Shown one piece after another: positions 60,255 to 64,000 of a stretch of DNA of 64,000 nucleotides (the first letter of the stretch is position 1; the number at the start of each line of letters is the position of its first letter). This DNA comes from Mobula hypostoma (Eukaryota), in contig NC_086118.1 of the NCBI RefSeq assembly GCF_963921235.1, forward strand, positions 13,084,001 through 13,148,000, written 5' to 3'. The notes under the pieces are model-generated. The model was not told where the DNA came from, did not search any database, and saw only the letters and a list, made by a program, of their open reading frames with translations. The position numbers and the translations under genes are program-made.

Positions 60255-60970
60255 GGTTTAAGATGGCACAGGTGAAGCCACATTGGTGAAGTGGTAAAGA
60301 AGACAAAAATATAACTAAATAATTTATTATTAACACTTTTTCTGGAAGAACGATCCCTGCAAATAATGGAGAGGCGAGCAGAGATGAGGTGCAGTAGGGA
60401 CGAGCGGAGGTGAGGCAGGGTTGAACAGGACAGATGAGAGGCCTGCCAAAACTGACAGCAGGGAACAATCCAAGGTTTGCTTGATCTGAGTGTCAGGCTG
60501 ATTTGGAAAGGTACGGGCCGAAATGTGGAGGCAGGGTCTGGACCCAGAGCGTATCGAAGCAACAGGGTTCAAGATTGAGAAATGAGCCAATTTTGGACAA
60601 TTTAAATGGCAGGCCGGGCCAGATTGAAAGGGCAGGGTGTCATGTCCAGAGAAGAGGGCTGGGCCCGTTCTGCTCACTGCTCCATGATGTTTACTCAGCT
60701 CTGCGCTGAACTGAGGCTGTGGCCTCTTCGGGCTGCAGTGATGCCTGGTTTTGTGTCTGTGGATTCAGTTTCATTCTGAATGCTATTTGCTTATATCTAT
60801 TGTTTGCTCGATTTGTTTTATTTTCTCTCTGCACATTGGGTGTTTAACAGTCTTCCTTTCCTTATATGGGTTCATTTGGGTTTCTTTGCTTTGTGGCTGC
60901 CTGTAAGAAGATGAAACTCAAGGTTGTGTAATGTATACATACTTTGATAATAAATGTATTTTGAACTTTG
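60255..60970 (+). mobile_element. Non-coding retroposon (AAGATGGC start, TTTGAAC tail)
   Basis: ggtttaagatggcac ... gtatacatactttgataataaatgtattttgaactttg. Confidence 0.6.
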
Positions 60971-61049
60971 CACCATCAAACACATGTTTGCATTCATTGT
61001 TTGTCTCCACATTCCCATCCGGACCACACCGAATCTTCCACTGATTAAT

Positions 61050-61225
61050 ATACACGAGGGGCAATTAACCTATTGATCTGTATGTCTTTGGGATGTGTGA
61101 GGTACCCAGAGCACCCAGGCAAAATCCACACATTTGCAGGGAGAACATGAAAATTCCACACAGTTAGCGCCAAAGGTAAGGATTGAATCTGAGTCACTAC
61201 TATTGTAAGATAGTAGCTCTACCAG
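61050..61225 (-). mobile_element. HE1/V-SINE-like SINE, degenerate
   Basis: tgtctttgggatgtgtgagg...agagcaccc...gggagaacatg..attccacacag...ggattgaatc. Confidence 0.65.
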
Positions 61226-62164
61226 AAGAGATTTTCGATTTCTCAGCAGTGGTTCTTTGAGGCTTTGGGTTTTGGGTATGTGATGGCATCGTGTCTCTCC
61301 AATGATTGATGACTCATCGTACTGTCAGAGAGGTGACCCTGGGAAGGTGCAATTAATATTACCCAAATGCACGACTAAGATTTTTTTTAAGAAGAGAAGT
61401 GGTCCAAGAGGAGATATGAGCATTAGCTAAAACATGAACAACAGGAGTGTGTGTTCATAGCTGCTGATCACATCAAATGAATAATGTTCAAGTTAGGTTC
61501 TACTGTGTAGTATATTCACTAATTAAACACATTTCCAGTTTAAGTTATTCCCAGAACTGTCTGTTTCCTAATATTTTAATAGCCATGATCTACTCAGATT
61601 CATGTTGAAAGTTATGAAAAGTGCATGAACAACAAAACTGACTTGAAATTAATTAGTTACATTGAAAGGAAACTGAAGCTAATGATAGATGGTGAAGTTC
61701 AATGAGAATGAGAGTTATTGAACGAGGCATGGATCATTTCTCAACATGGATTTGCAACTGGTAACTGATGTACCCCAAAAGAAATTGATTTAAATAAATC
61801 CTGAAGGGAATACAGTATTGATGGATGTACAGTAAAGATGTGATAAGTTGCTGTTGTAGCAATTGATGGACATCTTCCGAAGGTAAGAGTGTTCGAGTGA
61901 TGGGGTCAGCAAAACCAGGAAGCAAAGACTGAATGGTTTTAGACTTAATGAGAGCACCTTGGGAATCTTTGCTGCTTTTATGTTTTTGTTGATGTATATC
62001 TTTTAGATATAACTACAAATTGAATGGTTTTAAAGTTTTCTCATAATACTAAAATCTAAGAACCTGTCAAACCAGATAATGATCGGCAGAGCTGGTAGAT
62101 GGTAAAGTAGCTTATACAGATAAAAAAATCTGAAAGGCGTTTAAAAATGGAAGGTAAAATGCTG

Positions 62165-62709
62165 TAAGTGGCTACTTTGTTAGTTACCTCTGTACACCTG
62201 TTCATTAATGAAAATATCTAATCAGACATTCATGTGGCAGCAATTCAGTGCATAAACGCATGCAGACATGGTCAACAGGTTCAATTGTTATTTAGACCAA
62301 ACAAACGGAATGGGGAAAAATGTGATCTAAGAGATTTAGACTGTGAAATGAATGTTGGTGCCAGACAGGGTGGTTTGACTATCTCAGAAACTGTTGATCT
62401 CCAGGGATGTCCATGAACAACAGTCCTTAGAGTTTATAGAGAATAGTGCAAAAAAGTCCAGTGTGCAGTAGTCCTCAAAAATGCCTTGTTAATGGGAGAG
62501 GTCAGAGGAGAATGGCCAGACTGGATCAAGCTGACAGAAGGATTGCAGTAGCTGAGATAAGCACACAATTCAACAGTGTTGTGTACAAGACTATGTCTGA
62601 ACACGCAACACATCAAACTTGAAGTGGATGGGCTACAGCAATGGAAGACCACAAGCTAACACCCAGTGGCCACTCTATTAGGTACAGCTATAACATGGCC
62701 ACTGAGTGT
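62165..62709 (+). mobile_element. Internally deleted Tc1-family DNA transposon
   Basis: TIR-like agtggctactttgttagttac ... atggccactgagtgtg; transposase N-terminus MGK.CDLRDLDCEM.VGARQGGLTISETVDL. Confidence 0.85.
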
Positions 62710-63309
62710 GCTTGCCTACAAGGAGCTTTTATGTGAAAAAAAAATAAAAGAGAAAGGTTTTAAGGGCAACTGTACATGCTGATTTTAAAATGAGGGTATT
62801 CATTTTGAAAATTGGAGATGTCTGACTCCTGAGCAGCCAAGTCGCAGTAAGACCATTGAATATGATGGTGAGATAACCTACTGTTAATTGTGGGGTTTGT
62901 GTTGCCCATTGCTGAGCACCTATTCAAAAACTGACAAAGAAACTTTTACCATCACTGCAGCGGCGAGCAAGCCTTCAGATCTGCAAACAACAGATCACTT
63001 CCTCAACCTTTCTTACTTTTCTCAGAGTTTCTCATCACCATGTCACAACTCACCTCAACATACTTCCTGCTGAGGTGAAGCCAGTCTTGAGGACACTTGG
63101 GAATATGTTTCACCTCCTCCAGTCTACTCCAGAACCACATCTCTTCAACCTCACTTATTCAGATATGAAGACAAGACTTGCACTTGCACACATCCAGGCG
63201 TGGTCCTTCAAGTCACTATTGATTTATTCACGGACATGTACAAGACAACAATTCTTGAAGTTAATGTCCATCAGACAAAAGTTCTCCTACCAGAATGCTG
63301 CCACTGTAC

Positions 63310-63960
63310 AAGATCAGCCTCAACAATAAAAGGTCCACAGTGACACCCTGGATATGGGGCCTAAGTCTCATATTTCAGGAGGTAACTCTCAGTAAAGGCA
63401 GATATCGTGCAACAAAATTGACCACTCTCTCCTATATGCCAACGTGGTCTTTGGCTAACTAAAATGCTTTTCAAGATGAAGAACTTAAGCCCAGCACTAA
63501 ACTTGTGGTCCAATGGGCAGTAGTTATTGTGCTTTCTGAAACAGTTCAGGGGATTGTTTTACATATTGCAACCACTTCAAGGTAGCAGAGAGAGACCACC
63601 ATTGTTGTTTCTACAAAATCCTCCAGCTCCAATAGAAGTATAAGTGCTCTGCCATTGCCATCATCTCCCAAGTCACATGACCAGCCCCAAGACTCCAATT
63701 ACTTTCAGCTGGGGCAGAAAGGTTTCCCCATATCATTTGCAAGCTTGACATCAGACTCACTTAATAGATAGTTTCCACTAGCAAAAGATCAGGGCAAGAT
63801 ATTACTGAAAGGACAGAGGAAGCAATTTGAGGATACTTTCAACAACATCTACGCTATATCAAAGCAATCCAGGCCTATGGTCACTCAAAATGGAGGAAGA
63901 GCATGAGAAGGCTTTAAGAATCTTGACTCCTTATCGAGAGCATGCAACGGCTCTGTAAAA
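63310..63960 (+). mobile_element. Old RTE-clade LINE C-terminal fragment
   Basis: TIKVH..TL, LSVKADI, LKPSTKLVV..AVVI; heavily decayed. Confidence 0.6.
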
Positions 63961-64000
63961 CTACAGGTATGCACAACTCCAAACCTATCATAAGACCATA

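Overview
This is eukaryotic, repeat-dominated DNA. The repeat families (HE1/V-SINE-like SINEs, CR1, Penelope-like elements, Rex1/Babar, RTE, fish-type L1, Gypsy, Tc1) point to a cartilaginous fish, probably a ray; that assignment is my inference. I recognise no host protein-coding exon, so the window looks intergenic or intronic. Every ORF I can identify is a transposon remnant or a microsatellite artefact. The main structures are: (1) A deep nest at ~3.2-18.8 kb. A CR1 is split by several insertions, including a Gmr1-type Gypsy provirus (integrase before RT, GCAT TSD). That provirus carries a 2.8-kb non-autonomous LTR element with 1.25-1.35 kb LTRs, only 191 bp of internal sequence, and a Tf1/sushi-type self-priming site instead of a tRNA PBS. 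(2) Penelope-like elements whose termini carry minimal hammerhead ribozyme motifs, two with intact cores. (3) A BovB-like RTE fragment. (4) A full-length decayed L1 with a duplicated ORF1 C-terminus, inserted into an RTE copy that has a 5' inversion. (5) A ~1 kb compound (GT)n array containing a solo LTR. Family names come from motif recognition, not database searches. Boundaries not fixed by a TSD are approximate.
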